Origin: Salpingoeca rosetta
Lineage: Eukaryota; Protista; Choanoflagellata
Assembly: GCA_033442325.1 (NCBI GenBank)
Contig: JAWQFM010000019.1
Location: 1,031,992-1,095,991, forward strand
Reading direction: 5' to 3'
DNA: 64,000 nt
The notes beneath the pieces were generated by a model, which was not told the origin of the DNA, did no database searches, and saw only the letters and a list, made by a program, of their open reading frames with translations. This document shows positions 1-12,444 of this stretch, in pieces (within the stretch, counting starts at the first letter, position 1; the number at the start of each line of letters is the position of its first letter). Made by a program: the position numbers and the translations under genes.

Positions 1-755
1 ACACGCACACTCACACGCACACACTCATGCACGCATTCATGCACGCACGCACACACACACACACTCTCATGCACGCGCGCACACACACACACTCTCACAC
101 GTACGCACACACACACACACGCACACACACACACTCATGCACGCGCACACGCACACACTCATGCACGCACACAAACATGCACGCACCGCACTCATGCACA
201 CGCACGCAACTCATGCACGCACGCACTCATTCAACGCACACAACTCATTCACGCACACACACACACAACACACACTCATTCACGCACACACACATGACAC
301 GCACGCACTCATTCACGCACGCACTCATTCACGCACACACACACACACACTCACTCATTCACGCACACACACTCACACGCACACACTCATGCACGCACGC
401 ACTCATTCACGCACACACACACACTCACACTCACACGCACACTCACACGCACACACTCATGCACGCATTCATGCACGCACGCACACACACACACACTCTC
501 TCATGCACGCGCGCACACACACACACTCTCACACGTACGCACACACACACACGCACACACACACACTCATGCACGCGCACACGCACACACTCATGCACGC
601 ACACACTCATGCACGCACTCATACACTCACACTCACACTCACACGCACACACTCATGCACGCGCACACGCACACACTCATGCACGCACACACTCATGCAC
701 GCGCGCACACACACACTTTCACACGTACGCACACACACACGCACTCATGCACGCT
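1..755. repeat. Degenerate CA-rich microsatellite tract, probably intronic, with an internal ~170 bp duplication (1-173 vs 433-605)
   Basis: Mixed ACAC/GCAC/CTCATGC units. The sequence from position 1 recurs at 433 apart from small indels. The tract is followed by a CCCCAG acceptor at 760-765. Confidence 0.8.
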
Positions 756-765
756 CGCGCCCCAG

Positions 766-835
766 GGACTGCATTGGGACCCTCGTGGCTGCCGTGCGGA
801 GCTTGCGTCGCCGGCAGGACAAGAAGTCGTCTTAA
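766..835 (+). CDS. Probable terminal exon of an unidentified + strand gene beginning left of the window (…DCIGTLVAAVRSLRRRQDKKSS*)
   Basis: CAG acceptor after the repeat-filled intron, then coding-like sequence to TAA at 833-835, followed by UTR-like sequence. It converges on the Harbinger transposase. Confidence 0.5.
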
Positions 836-1100
836 CACCACTCTTTCTGTCTCTGCTTCCATATTCAACCTGGTTTGACTATGTCTGTTGTGTCTCTGAG
901 TTGGCATTGTATTTGTTGCTGTGTACGACGGAGCGTAATAGAACGAACTACCCGCCAAAGCATGCACTCATGTAACAACGCCCACACGCACATCTACACA
1001 CGCAACCTTGCATACACACTGCGTCCACGTCGACGCATACACGCGCGCACACGCACACACGCACACACGCACACACGCACACACACCAGCACTGGCGCAA

Positions 1101-1413
1101 TCACGACAGCTGCAAGGTGTGTGGGCGTTTGGCGGCGTGGTTCCCCGCTTGTTGTCTCGGTTGCTGTTGTTGTGGCCGTCGTTGCGCCGCGATGGCAAGC
1201 ATGAATGGAAGCAATGAGCGCCTGACCCTGAAACGGTATGGTCGTTGTGCCTCGGGTTCCTCTTGTCTCTCGCGGTAGTTCTGCACGGCCTTTTTCTTGA
1301 GGTCGTCTTGCCACTTCAACGCGCGCCGTCGGGCAACCTTGGCTGAGGTCTCCTTGCCTCGGCTTCTGCTGCTGCCATTCGCCGCGCTGCTGTGCGATTC
1401 GTCGTCGTCGTCG

Positions 1414-1445
<32 letters not shown>

Positions 1446-1449
1446 GTCG

Positions 1450-1481
<32 letters not shown>

Positions 1482-2846
1482 ATCATCATCGTCACCGTCG
1501 TCACCACAACCCGCTTCCTGTTGAGCCTTTGACAACCTCTCCCTGCGGTGGCGCTTGCGTGCCTCCTTTGCTTGCGTCTCATCCTGATACAGCTGTTCAA
1601 CAAAGTCCGCTCCGTCGTCTTTCTGGCGAAGTAGAAAGTTATGCAATGCGCAACACGCGACAATGTACAGCCGCGCTGTAAAGAAGGTAAGGTTGACAAG
1701 GCACGACATGAATGGGCGTACAAATGCAGATAAGTGTGATGACTAGAGCCAACCGTAGCAGGTACAACCGATCATCCGACAGCACACGGACAAGAGAATG
1801 GGGGGGGGGAGGTTCTCACCTGTATCCTCGCAGGAGGAGAATCCTGTATACAGGATCCTGAATCTTGATTTCAGGATCCCGAAACAGGCCTCCACACGGG
1901 AACGCCTACGAGCGTGCTGGAGGAACAAGGCGCATGTGAGTATCAATGCACGTGTGTGCATGCATTTCAGTGAATGCATGTATGCATGTGTGTGCTTGTG
2001 TGCATGCATGTGTGTGCTTGTGTGCATGCATGTGTGTGCGTGCGTGCTTGTGTGTGCGTGCGTGTGTGTGCGTGCGTGCTTGTGTGTGCGTGCGTGCTTG
2101 TGTGTGTGCGTATGTGCGTATGTGTGTGCATGTGTGTGTGTGTGCATGTGTGTGTGTGTGCATGTGCGTGTGCATGTGCGTGTGCATGTGCGTGTGCATG
2201 TGCGTGTGTGTTTGTGCACTCATGTGCAGCCGACATGCGTGGACCCTACCATGTAGTTGAATATTTCCTCATCCGACTGCGGTCCTCCCCGGGACTTGAA
2301 CGTGTCCAGGTGATAGGTGACTCCACGAATGGGCGTCAGCCATCTACACGCACACGCCCGCGCACACATACGGTGTGAGGCAACAGGCTTCACCGATTTA
2401 AACACCGCACAAACACGATTGACACACACAGACACACACAGACACAAACACACACACAGACACACACAGACACACGCATGCACACACTCTCACACACGCA
2501 TGCACACAGACACACGCATGCACACACTCTCACACACACGCGAGCGGCCACTCACCGTTTATGGGTCAGGCGCATGGCAGCGTCGAATAGTCCGAAGCTC
2601 CCTTCAGGCAGCTTGGAGGTGAGGTCAGCAGTTGCCACGACACTCGCGTCGTGGCAACTGCCCTCACAGCCAACGACGACGTGCTGTATCTTTGTGGTGC
2701 GATGCGCATCATGGCAGGCTATGAGGTGACCTGGGTCGGTAATTGGCGGCACAGCTTCGCACACACACACACATCGCACAGACACATCGCACAGACACAG
2801 ACACAGAGACACAGACACACACACACACACACAGACAGACAGACAG

Positions 2847-2879
<33 letters not shown>

Positions 2880-3923
2880 GACAGACACACACACACACGC
2901 ACGCACAAGAACAGCGAACCTGTCTGTCAAACGAGGCGCAAACAAGGACGTTCTGGGACTTGAAGCCCTTTCTGTTTCGCCAACGCTCCTGTATCGCACA
3001 CATACACAAGTATGCGCAAGTGCGACGTTGTGGGCACATGCCATGTGTCGGACGTGAGCGGTGTGAGACGAGAGCGGGCGCTATATGAATGAACGACACG
3101 ATGGGGACACAGAGCAGAGGCCCAAGCAAGCAGTGGGAATAGAGTACAGGGCACTGTAGGTCATTCACGGACCTCGTGGCCATTCGTCGTTGGGGTGTAT
3201 CTGATGTGCACGCCATCGGCAGCCGTGACACAGCCCTCGAGGAAGTCATCCTGAGCCCATCGCCGCTGTTCCTCCTTCAGCTCTTCCCCAGTTGGAAACG
3301 AGATGTTGTCGAGTCCATCGATGATCGCCTTGGCGAACGCGGGGAAGTGCGTACTGCACATGGACTTGCTGATCCCAATTGAGAACTGCACAGCCTGAAC
3401 AAAGCACACGTGCGGAAACAACACGTGAGCGAGGTGGCCAAAGTACCTACGGGAAAGATCAACGACGGGAACAACATGCAACACGCACGCACCTGAAGAG
3501 AGCAGCCGTGAGCAAACATCCACAGCAGGCCGACAAGGACGACGCGATCGGGCACGTCAGTCCCAGGGCGTTTGGGGAGGTGCGGAGAAATGATATCAAG
3601 CAACTCCCAGAACTGATCCTTGGTGACACGGAAGTTCTGGCGAAACGTCTCATTTGGCAAGCCAAAGATGTCCTTCTCGCGCCTAATGGACGGCAGCACC
3701 ATCGACAAGAACGAGCGACACACACACACACATACGCGCGCGCGTGTATGAGTATGCGGGAGAGCCATACAACGCAGTTTGCCATGCATACTGGGATCAA
3801 AGCGTACCTCGGAAACGTGCGCTGCTCCCACGACCGTCGTGGCTTGTACTGTGCAGCGACGTAGACGAGTAGACGAGCAAAGGCGTGGGTACTCGTGGCT
3901 GTACCCTCTCCAAACACGCTCAT
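1101..3923 (-). CDS. PIF/Harbinger-superfamily DDE transposase (DDE_Tnp_4 / HARBI1-like), at least 8 exons
   Basis: Exons 3923-3808, 3682-3493, 3394-3173, 2988-2920, 2689-2556, 2343-2250, 1916-1820 and 1675-~1101 join in frame at GT-AG sites. Motifs: [22 protein letters not shown] (D1), [25 protein letters not shown] (D2), [27 protein letters not shown] (E), [10 protein letters not shown]. The C-terminus carries a poly-Asp tract; the exact 3' end is uncertain. Confidence 0.9.
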
Positions 3924-4874
3924 ATTGGGGGAAGGTGACAGTTACCGTCCTCAGTTGGCTCGATCGGTGCAACAGGTTCGACTGACCGTTACCGGACTTC
4001 GCACAACCGTCGGCGCCATTACCCCAAATTACCACCCTTTCACAAGTCGGGGGATGGTAATTTGCAAATACGTCGGATCAACCAATTACTCCACATTGCG
4101 TGGCCGTGAACGCAGTATTCGACCCAAAACTACCCACAATTACTCGCTGTGAACGGGCCCAAAGTTGAGTTGTCTTCATCGTGGTTTGGTTTGTTTGGAT
4201 TGTAGAAAGGTACTTGGAGATATGGCAAATGGTCTTATTGATGTGAGACACAAAACACAACACTCCACAAAAACACACACGCACACGCACACACGACACA
4301 AACAAACAACACACGCACCCACTCGACACAAACAAACAACAACACACACCAACACACAACAGGAACACACACGCAAACGCAAACACATACACAAACACAC
4401 ACAACAGAACACACACATGCACACACACGAACATACAACAAGCTCGTGTCAAATAAACTTCCATCAACCATCAGCATCACAAAGGAAACCGAACCACGCA
4501 CTGCGCCGAGTGACAAAGCCTGCCTGGTTGCGTGACGACCACACTCGACATACGTCAACAATAACGCCACTCCCGCAATTAGCTTTTGTGTTGGACATAC
4601 ACCTACAGCCCTACTACAAAAAGAAGAAAAAAACAAAGAAAGTCAAGGATGATGATGATGATGATGATGATGAAAGGGGGGAAAGGAGACAAAGGTGCGC
4701 GCGAGCGCGAGCGTGAGAGAAAAGACCGAAAGAGGAAGGAAGGGAAAAGGAAAGGAAAAGAAACCAGTGTTGTTAAACCCAAACGAGGAAGGATGGCGCC
4801 TTCGCTGATCGCCACATGCACACGTCATCATCACCACGAAAAACAGGAGCCACATCATGGAGATGAGAGGCCTG

Positions 4875-6236
4875 CTACGCGGCAGGAGGCTGCTGCTGTT
4901 GCGGTTGCTGCTCTTGTGGTTGCTGCTCTTGTGGTTGTTGCTGTGCGTCTTGTGGTGGTACTGCCTGCTGTGTGGGCGTCGGGGTGCTCTGCGATTCCTG
5001 CGCAGGCGGCTGCTGGTGCCCGGCACCAGGCTGTGGGTCACCCTCCTGAGGTGCGGCTTGGAGCTGCATTGCTTGGGGTGGTGGGGCTTGGGGCTGCTCA
5101 GCTGCTTGTTGTTGTTGTTGATGTGGTGCCTGCTGTTGTGGTGCCTGTTCAGCTGCTTGTTGTTGTTGATGATGTGGTGCCTGCTGTTGCTCATTACCCT
5201 GGTGCTCCTGCTGGTCCTGTTGCTGCTGCTGCTGCTGTCCGGCGGCCTCCTTCTCCTTCTTTTCCTTCTCCTTCTTCTCCTTCTTGAGCTTCTTGTGCTT
5301 CTTCTCCTTCTTCTTCGCCTCCTGCGCCCGCTGTATCAGCGACTTGCACGGCTCCTCCAGCCGAAGGTGCCGCACAAGCACAATCACCGCCACCCGGTCC
5401 GGCAGCGAATTCACGTTGAGCGTGTTTAGGGCAGGCAGGTCCTCGCGCCCGTGCACGCAAAAGTGGTACGCAATCGCCTCTGGCCTGTTGATGAGGAAAT
5501 CCATGCCGCGAATCATCTCCATCTGGTCCTTCATGTCGTGCAGGAAGCCCGAGCTGACCAGCGTCTTGGTGAAGCCGAGCGCGTCGCTCGTGCGGCAGTT
5601 GATGGTGAACGTCACCGTGAACATCTTCTTGTCCTCGGGTTTCCTGATGCGCAGGTTGAACTGGTAGTCGCCCGGCACCAGCTCTTTGTTGCTGCACAGC
5701 TTCTGCAGGTGCTGCTGGATCCCACCAAGCGCTTCCTGCTCCATAATCAGCGGCGGCTTGCCGTTGCCGCTGCCATTGCCACCACCGGCCTGCTGCTGTT
5801 GCTGCTGCTCTGCCCCTGCCTGGCCTGGGGTGGCCGGTGCCTGTACTGTTGCGGGCGTGGAGGTGGTTGATGCTTGCACGGGCTGCTGCACCACAGGCTG
5901 CTCCGGGGCCGCCACGGCCTGCTGCTGTTGCTGCTGTGGTGGCTGCTGTTGTTGTTGCTGCTGTTCCTGCGGTGGCTGCTGCTGTGGCACGGCGTCAGAA
6001 GCCGCGGGGGCGGTGGCGGGGGCGGTGGCTGAGGGCGCTGGGGAAGGGGTGGACACGGTGGTGTCGAAAGTGACCTGCCCGGACGCCCGTGACTCACCAC
6101 CGTCCGCCGACGACGCGAGCGACCCAATGTCACTCCCTTGGGACGGCGTTCGCTCAACCGGCTGCTGCTGCTGCTGCTGCTGTGCTGGCTGCTGCTCTTG
6201 TGGCTGTTGCTGCTGTGCTGGTTGCTGTTGTTGTTG

Positions 6237-6273
<37 letters not shown>

Positions 6274-6472
6274 ACGGGCTGCTGTGCCACAGGCTGTTCA
6301 ACAGACTGAGGCTGCTGCTGTTGCTGTTGAGCGGCAGTGCCAGTGGTGGCAGTGGGCTGCTCGGCAGTTGGAGCAGCAGCATCAGCTGGTGGCTGCTCTG
6401 GGGTGAGGGTGGCTGGCGGCGTGGGGGTCGGGGTCTTGTGGCCGCTGGACGCCGTCTCACTGCCCTCCTCAC

Positions 6473-6509
<37 letters not shown>

Positions 6510-9437
6510 ATCCATCTGCTGCTTCGAGCCGGCCGACTTCTTGCTGTACGGGTTGAGCGCCGCCAGGGCCTCCTGCACTTCGTCGTCCTCGCCAAAGTCC
6601 CACCCCGTGTCTGCGCCCGTGGCCTGGTGCACGGTTGACGCCGCAATCTCGCCGTGCACGGGGGTGAGGTGGGGCAGTAGTGACTCCTGCAGGTACTGCG
6701 ACGGCACTTTCGATGCCTTCTGCTCGCAACAAGAGGAGATGCCATGGAGGAATAGGGGGTGGGCGATAAGCCGGGGAGGGGAGGCGTAGACACGCAGCAC
6801 GTGCAGGATGCTTGTGTGAGTTCAGTCTCAGTGTGCGTCTTTGTGTGTCTGTGTGTGTCTGTGTGGGGGGGGGTGTCTGTGTCTGTTTGTCTGTCTGTCT
6901 GTGCGTGCGTCTGTGTCTGAGTATGTGTGTGTGCGTGTGCGTGCGCGCACGCGTCATCACCATCATCATCATCATCCTTATCGCCATACCTTGATGAATT
7001 CTGCCTTGAGGAGTTCAGCAGCTGTGGGCCGTTTGTCAGGATCGTACACTAGCACTTTCTTCAGCAGCTGCAGCGGACAACGGCAAACGTGGAAAAGGTG
7101 AAGGTTCATGAGAGAGAGAGAGAAGGCGTGCACGCATGTGAGTGAGTGTGTGCGTGTGTGTTTGTGGCTTGTGTCCATAGAAGAACAATTCAAGGCTGTC
7201 ACCGGTCAGAGCACCCGCACAAACACTCACACCGCGTGCACAGCACGGCATGGTGTTTCTGACCTTTCGAAGAGACTTAAACGGTGAGAATTGGCGGCCC
7301 GTGAGCAGTTCGAGGTTGTCAAGGTCGGGAATGTACCCTTCAACCGCTTTGCGAAGAATCTGTACACAAGAAGGGGTGTGGGAGCATGGTGGTGAGGGGG
7401 GAGATGGCGGTGGGAAGGCTAGGAAGATGGATGAACAGACACACACACACACAACATGCACCACACACACACACACACGCACCACACAAACATGCAGCAC
7501 ACACACAGACAGGCATACGCGCACCATTGACATGTCGAGGCTTGCGTATGGCGCTGTGCCAGAGACCAGTTCGACGAGGGTGATGCCAAAACTCCAGATG
7601 TCAGCAGAGGAGCGGTAGGGTTTCTGAACAGCAGTCGTGGGCGTGGCCGTGGTCGTCAGTTTAAACGTGACATGGATGGGCGAATGCCATAAAGCCACCC
7701 AAATCTAGTCCACAACACGTGTGCAGCAGCGTACAGGGGTGCGTGTGTGCGTGTTTCTTGGTGTACCTGGTTGAGAATCTCTGGGGCCATCCAGCAAGGG
7801 GTGCCGGCCAGCGTTGTCTTGGACGCCTCAAACGTTTGCTGTTGAGGGACGCGTGACCAAGAGATCAATCAGACATGAGGGCCAAGGAGCGGTGGTAACG
7901 TTAGGGAGTTGAAGGCACACGTGCACACCTCGTCGGCTACGCACAAAGTGCATATGCGCGGACATACACACACACATACACACATACACACATACACATA
8001 CACACAAGCAAAAACACATAAACATAGAATACAGCCCCTCCCCCTCTTCAACCGGACACGACATCACAAGCACCAATCAATACATGACGTCGATCCGTCA
8101 CCAAACATAGGCAGCAGACCTTGGCGGCAGCGCGGCGCTTTGCGGTTTCGCGAAAGTGTTTCCTGTCGAGGGCATCGGTGACGCTCGAGGCGAGGAGGGA
8201 GCTGACGCCAAAGTCGCCAAGCTTGACAACGCCGCCCTCAGCAAGCAGCAGGTTGCCGGCCTTGACATCTCTGTGGCGGTGGAGTGATGGTCGGGTGCAC
8301 ACCGTACATACACACGCACGCAGCCGAGGGGGAGGGGTGAATTGCATGTGGGGAAGGAGAGCTGAGGCAGCATCGCATCGTCAAGTACGAACACACGACG
8401 CACGCGCTTGCACACATGCACACATGCACACGCATCCACGCAAACACAACGCATCCACGCAAACACAACGCATGCACGTAACAGCGGCACGGGCAGCACG
8501 GTGCGGACCTGTGGATGACAAAGTTTGAGTGGAGGTAGTTGAGGCCTTCGAGGACCTGCTTTGCAATGTTGGCGACAGTCAGGTCGTCCATCAGCTCCGT
8601 CTTGTCCGCAGTGGACGGAAGCTCTGACGTGAGGGCGGCGGCGTGGAGAGGGTGGTGACGAACATGGTGAGGGTGTTGTGCGGGTGTGGTGGTGGTCGTG
8701 GCGAAGGTGGTGATGATAGTGCAATGCGAGGGGTGAAGACAAGAAACCGGGCATAAAGGGGGAAAGTGTGCATTTGGGTCATGGAAGGGAGGTGAACGCA
8801 GTCGTGTGAGTGCACACGCACTTCGCCGTGGAGGTGCAATCTGCAGAAGAACATCAGCAAAGGAGCCTGTGGATAGCAGAAACGGTTTGATGGTTGGGAA
8901 AGCGCGGCGTGGGGTGGTGTTCGAGGTGAGATGGCGGCAGCAGCAAGGTTAGTGCCAAGGTTCGGACCAGTTGCAACAGCACATGCTCGTACGAACATGT
9001 GCACCCACGAGATCATGAACGCACGAGCGTGTGCAAGCACACATCAATGCACACATCAACGCATACATTAACGCACACATGAGCGCACACATGAACGGGC
9101 CGTCTGACCGTATTCGCAGAGTTCCATGACAACGTAGAGTTTTGTCTCGTGGGCAAAGGAGGTGAAGAGCTGGAGGAGGTTTTCGTGGCGCAGACCACGC
9201 ATCATCATCAGCTCGTGCTGGGCATCCGTCAAGTCAACATCCTCAGACTCAAGGTTGATAATCTGTGGGTTTGGTATGGGGGAGGGGTGGTAATGATAGT
9301 GGTGGTGGTGGTGGTTGGTGGTGGTGGTGGTGGTGGTTGGTGGTTGGTGGTGGTGGTGGTGGTGGTGGTGGTGGTGTGAGCAGCATGGTACGACACATAT
9401 GGTAGCAGTGCTGTGTAAAGATGACCAGCAGTATCCG

Positions 9438-9517
<80 letters not shown>

Positions 9518-9566
9518 CCACCACTGCTGCTGCGACGCACAAAATCCCACCACCACCGCCATTCAC

Positions 9567-9661
<95 letters not shown>

Positions 9662-10067
9662 CACGCAAGCTGCGGCATCATTGCTGCTTGAATCACAAAC
9701 ACGCGCACGCACACTGGCGCATGAGCGCATGGTACCTTGAGAGCGCACTGCCTGTTGCCGCATGTGGCAATTTGCACGCTGGCCGTGGATCCCGACCCTA
9801 CAAACGTAGCGATACATCGCAATCCACCACGCATGTGAGCACTGGCAAGGCAACGACAAACACGTCAAGTGTGGCTCTCGCGCCTAAGCTTCCACACCCC
9901 CTTACGCTTCCCCCCCCCCACACACACACACCACACACACACACCGCACATAAACACACGCGCGTGCGCGTACCGAGGACGCGCTTGTTGGTGTAGGCGC
10001 CCTTGTTGGTGGGCCATGGCTCCACGGCCGAGTCTGTGGTATCGGCAGGCGGAGGTGACTTGGACAT
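4875..10067 (-). CDS. OXSR1: STE20-family Ser/Thr kinase of OSR1/SPAK (GCK-VI, Fray) type, with polyQ linkers and a C-terminal CCT/PF2-like domain; multi-exon
   Basis: Spliced motifs: [123 protein letters not shown]. The last exon (~6724-4875) has FNLRIRKPEDKKMFTVTFTINCRTSDALGFTKTLVSSGFL, resembling the OSR1/SPAK CCT domain. Confidence 0.8.
9298..9660. repeat. Intronic (GGT)n and two long (CAT)n trinucleotide tracts
   Basis: Seen directly, inside an intron of the STE20 kinase gene. Confidence 0.9.
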
Positions 10068-11180
10068 GTCTGGCTGAGTGGTGGCTCACAACAGATGACT
10101 CTGCAAGTCACAAGGACAACAAAAGGGACGGAGTGGAGGCGGAGCGGCTTGCTGCTGGCCCTGCGTGACCCTTCCTGTCACCGGCAAGGGGGGAGAGGCC
10201 GTGGAACCGCACAGCGGAGTGGAATCCAGCGCCAATCGAGGGGGATAGGGGCCAGGTTTGGTCAAGTTGGTCGTGATAAGAGACGTTGGTTGTGACAGCA
10301 GGTGAGCTGTGTGGAGGATGGGATTGACTGTTGGTCAGCAACGGTTCCGAGAACAGTGCTAACGTGCAAGCTGTAGTCGAAGTGATGATGCAAAGGCCGA
10401 CGTACACATCAGAAGGAGAACACCAAGGGGAAGGGGGGGCGCAAGTCGTGAGTCGAGTGGTGAGGGCGGATCGGTAATGGCAACGGTGGTGGTGATGATG
10501 ATACACAGTAGACTAAGCTGAAGGAAAGAAAGAAGGAAGGAAGGAAGGGGCATATGAAGCGGATGCAAGGGATGTGTGAAGCATGTCGCCACAAACCCAC
10601 ACACACACGCCACACACACGCCACACACACGCCACACACACACACACGTTTGTCCACACTCATGCCTCAAAAGACTGATTTGGCGACAGATGACTCACGC
10701 GCTGGTGAGGCGGGGAGGATGACGAAGGTTTGCGCTGTCTTCTTCGAAAAGAAGGAAGAGGTAAGGCACAGCACAGCACGATCTCGGCAACCACCGCGTC
10801 TGCAGAAAGCGCACAGGCGCACAAACAAACACACACAAAACCAAGAAGGAACAAGGGACGCTGGTTGGTTGGTTGGTTGTGGATGTGCGTGTGGGTGTTG
10901 GTGGGAGGGGGTGCATGCACTTTTGGGTGCCTTCTCGTATGCACGCGTGCTGAAGCGAGCAAGCCAGCTAGCTAGAGAGCGACTGAGCGAGCACGCCTTC
11001 CACCCTCCTCTTGCCTGTGCTTGACTGTGTTGCCAAAGACGCAGAAGGAAGCCAGGGAGCACCACCACACACAGGAAGAAGGGGAGAGAAGAAGCGAGGC
11101 ACACTTTTGCTTGTCTGGCTGGTCTGCCTTCTTGCTCTGGATTTAATTTTTTTTTTTCTTCTGGTGCGTTGGGGCGCGAT

Positions 11181-11200
11181 TCGCTGGAAGCTTCCAGCAA
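11181..11200 (+). promoter_or_regulatory. Candidate heat-shock element upstream of the DnaJ gene
   Basis: Palindrome GCTGGAAGCTTCCAGC gives gGAAg-cTTCc-aGCAa (two perfect and one imperfect nGAAn unit), ~260 bp upstream of the DnaJ ATG. A second tTTCc-aGAAg pair lies at 11436-11445. Confidence 0.4.
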
Positions 11201-11456
11201 ACAGCAAAAATTGTAAAATACGGCAAATTTTCGAGTTCCGGATTTCTGCATCGACATCACAAAAAAAAACAAGGGCAAAGTTTGATTTGATTTCGCGAGG
11301 GATGCTGCGCGAAGAACCGAGGAGGAGGGGGTGTAGTTGCGTGAGTTGTTTGCGTGCTTGGTTGTGTTGTGTTGTGTTGTGTTGTGTTGTGTGTGTGATG
11401 GGCGCCGAGTGTGCGTGTTCTGGCCACACAAACCATTTCCAGAAGAAACCGCGACC

Positions 11457-11714
11457 ATGAGTGAGGGCCACATCGACTACTACGAGCTGCTCGGGGTGCG
11501 TGCGCTCTCTGGGGGTGCGTGCGCTCTCTGGGTGTGCGTGTGGGTGTGGGTATGCCTGCATGCGCTCCCCCAAGAACGCGCTCTGCCTGCCGACGCGTGT
11601 GGCTGCCTGTGTCCTTGGTCGTTGCGGCTTCCTTCTGCTTTGTTGTTGGTTATGAGTGCCCGCCACGACAGCCCCCTCATAACCGACCCCCCTCACACCC
11701 AACACCCCCCCCCC

Positions 11715-11797
<83 letters not shown>

Positions 11798-12042
11798 GTA
11801 CCTGCCTTTTTTATTCGTTAAGGAGGGGAGCAGAGCTGGTTAGTTAATTTGCTGGTCTATAGGCTACCACATGAGAGAGAGAGTGAGCAAGGGACTAGAC
11901 GCTTCAAACTATTCTTAAGCTNNNNNNNNNNNNNNNNNNNNNNNNNNNNNNNNNNNNNNNNNNNNNNNNNNNNNNNNNNNNNNNNNNNNNNNNNNNNNNN
12001 NNNNNNNNNNNNNNNNNNNNNCCACCACCCACCCACCCACCA

Positions 12043-12118
<76 letters not shown>

Positions 12119-12355
12119 GCGGCTAACTTGCCTGGCTGGCTGGCTGGCTTGTGCCCTCGCTTTGTCGACCTTCTTGGCCTTTGTGTGTGTCAAAAGGTGT
12201 GTCGCACAGCGACAGGGGACGAAATTCGCCGGGCGTACCGCAAGCTTGCGCTGCGGTGGCACCCCGACAAGAACCCGGGTCGAGAAGAGGAAGCAACAGC
12301 AAACTTCAAGCGCATCAGCGAAGCATACGATGTCCTCTCTGATGGTGCGTTTGCC

Positions 12356-12444
<89 letters not shown>

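Larger units (their letters stand above)
1..4160 (-). mobile_element. Probable PIF/Harbinger DNA transposon; right end near 4160, left end likely outside the window
   Basis: Transposase plus GTGAACGGGCCC at 4149-4160 (reverse complement GGGCCCGTTCAC, resembling GGGCCCGTT-type PIF/Harbinger TIR starts). Short subterminal repeats (CAATTACTC x2, GTGAACG x2, GTTACCG x2) lie in 3940-4160. The partner TIR is not seen. Confidence 0.55.

Noticed and set aside
1-755. Telomeric or subtelomeric repeat
   Set aside because: No fixed telomere unit such as TTAGGG; it is degenerate CA sequence ending at a splice acceptor, like other introns here.
4875-6800. 641-aa polyQ ORF as a standalone gene or WNK kinase
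   Set aside because: It splices in frame onto the upstream kinase exons (…AEFIK/KASKVP…). The kinase has the normal subdomain II lysine and GTPCWMAPE, typical of OSR1/SPAK, not WNK.
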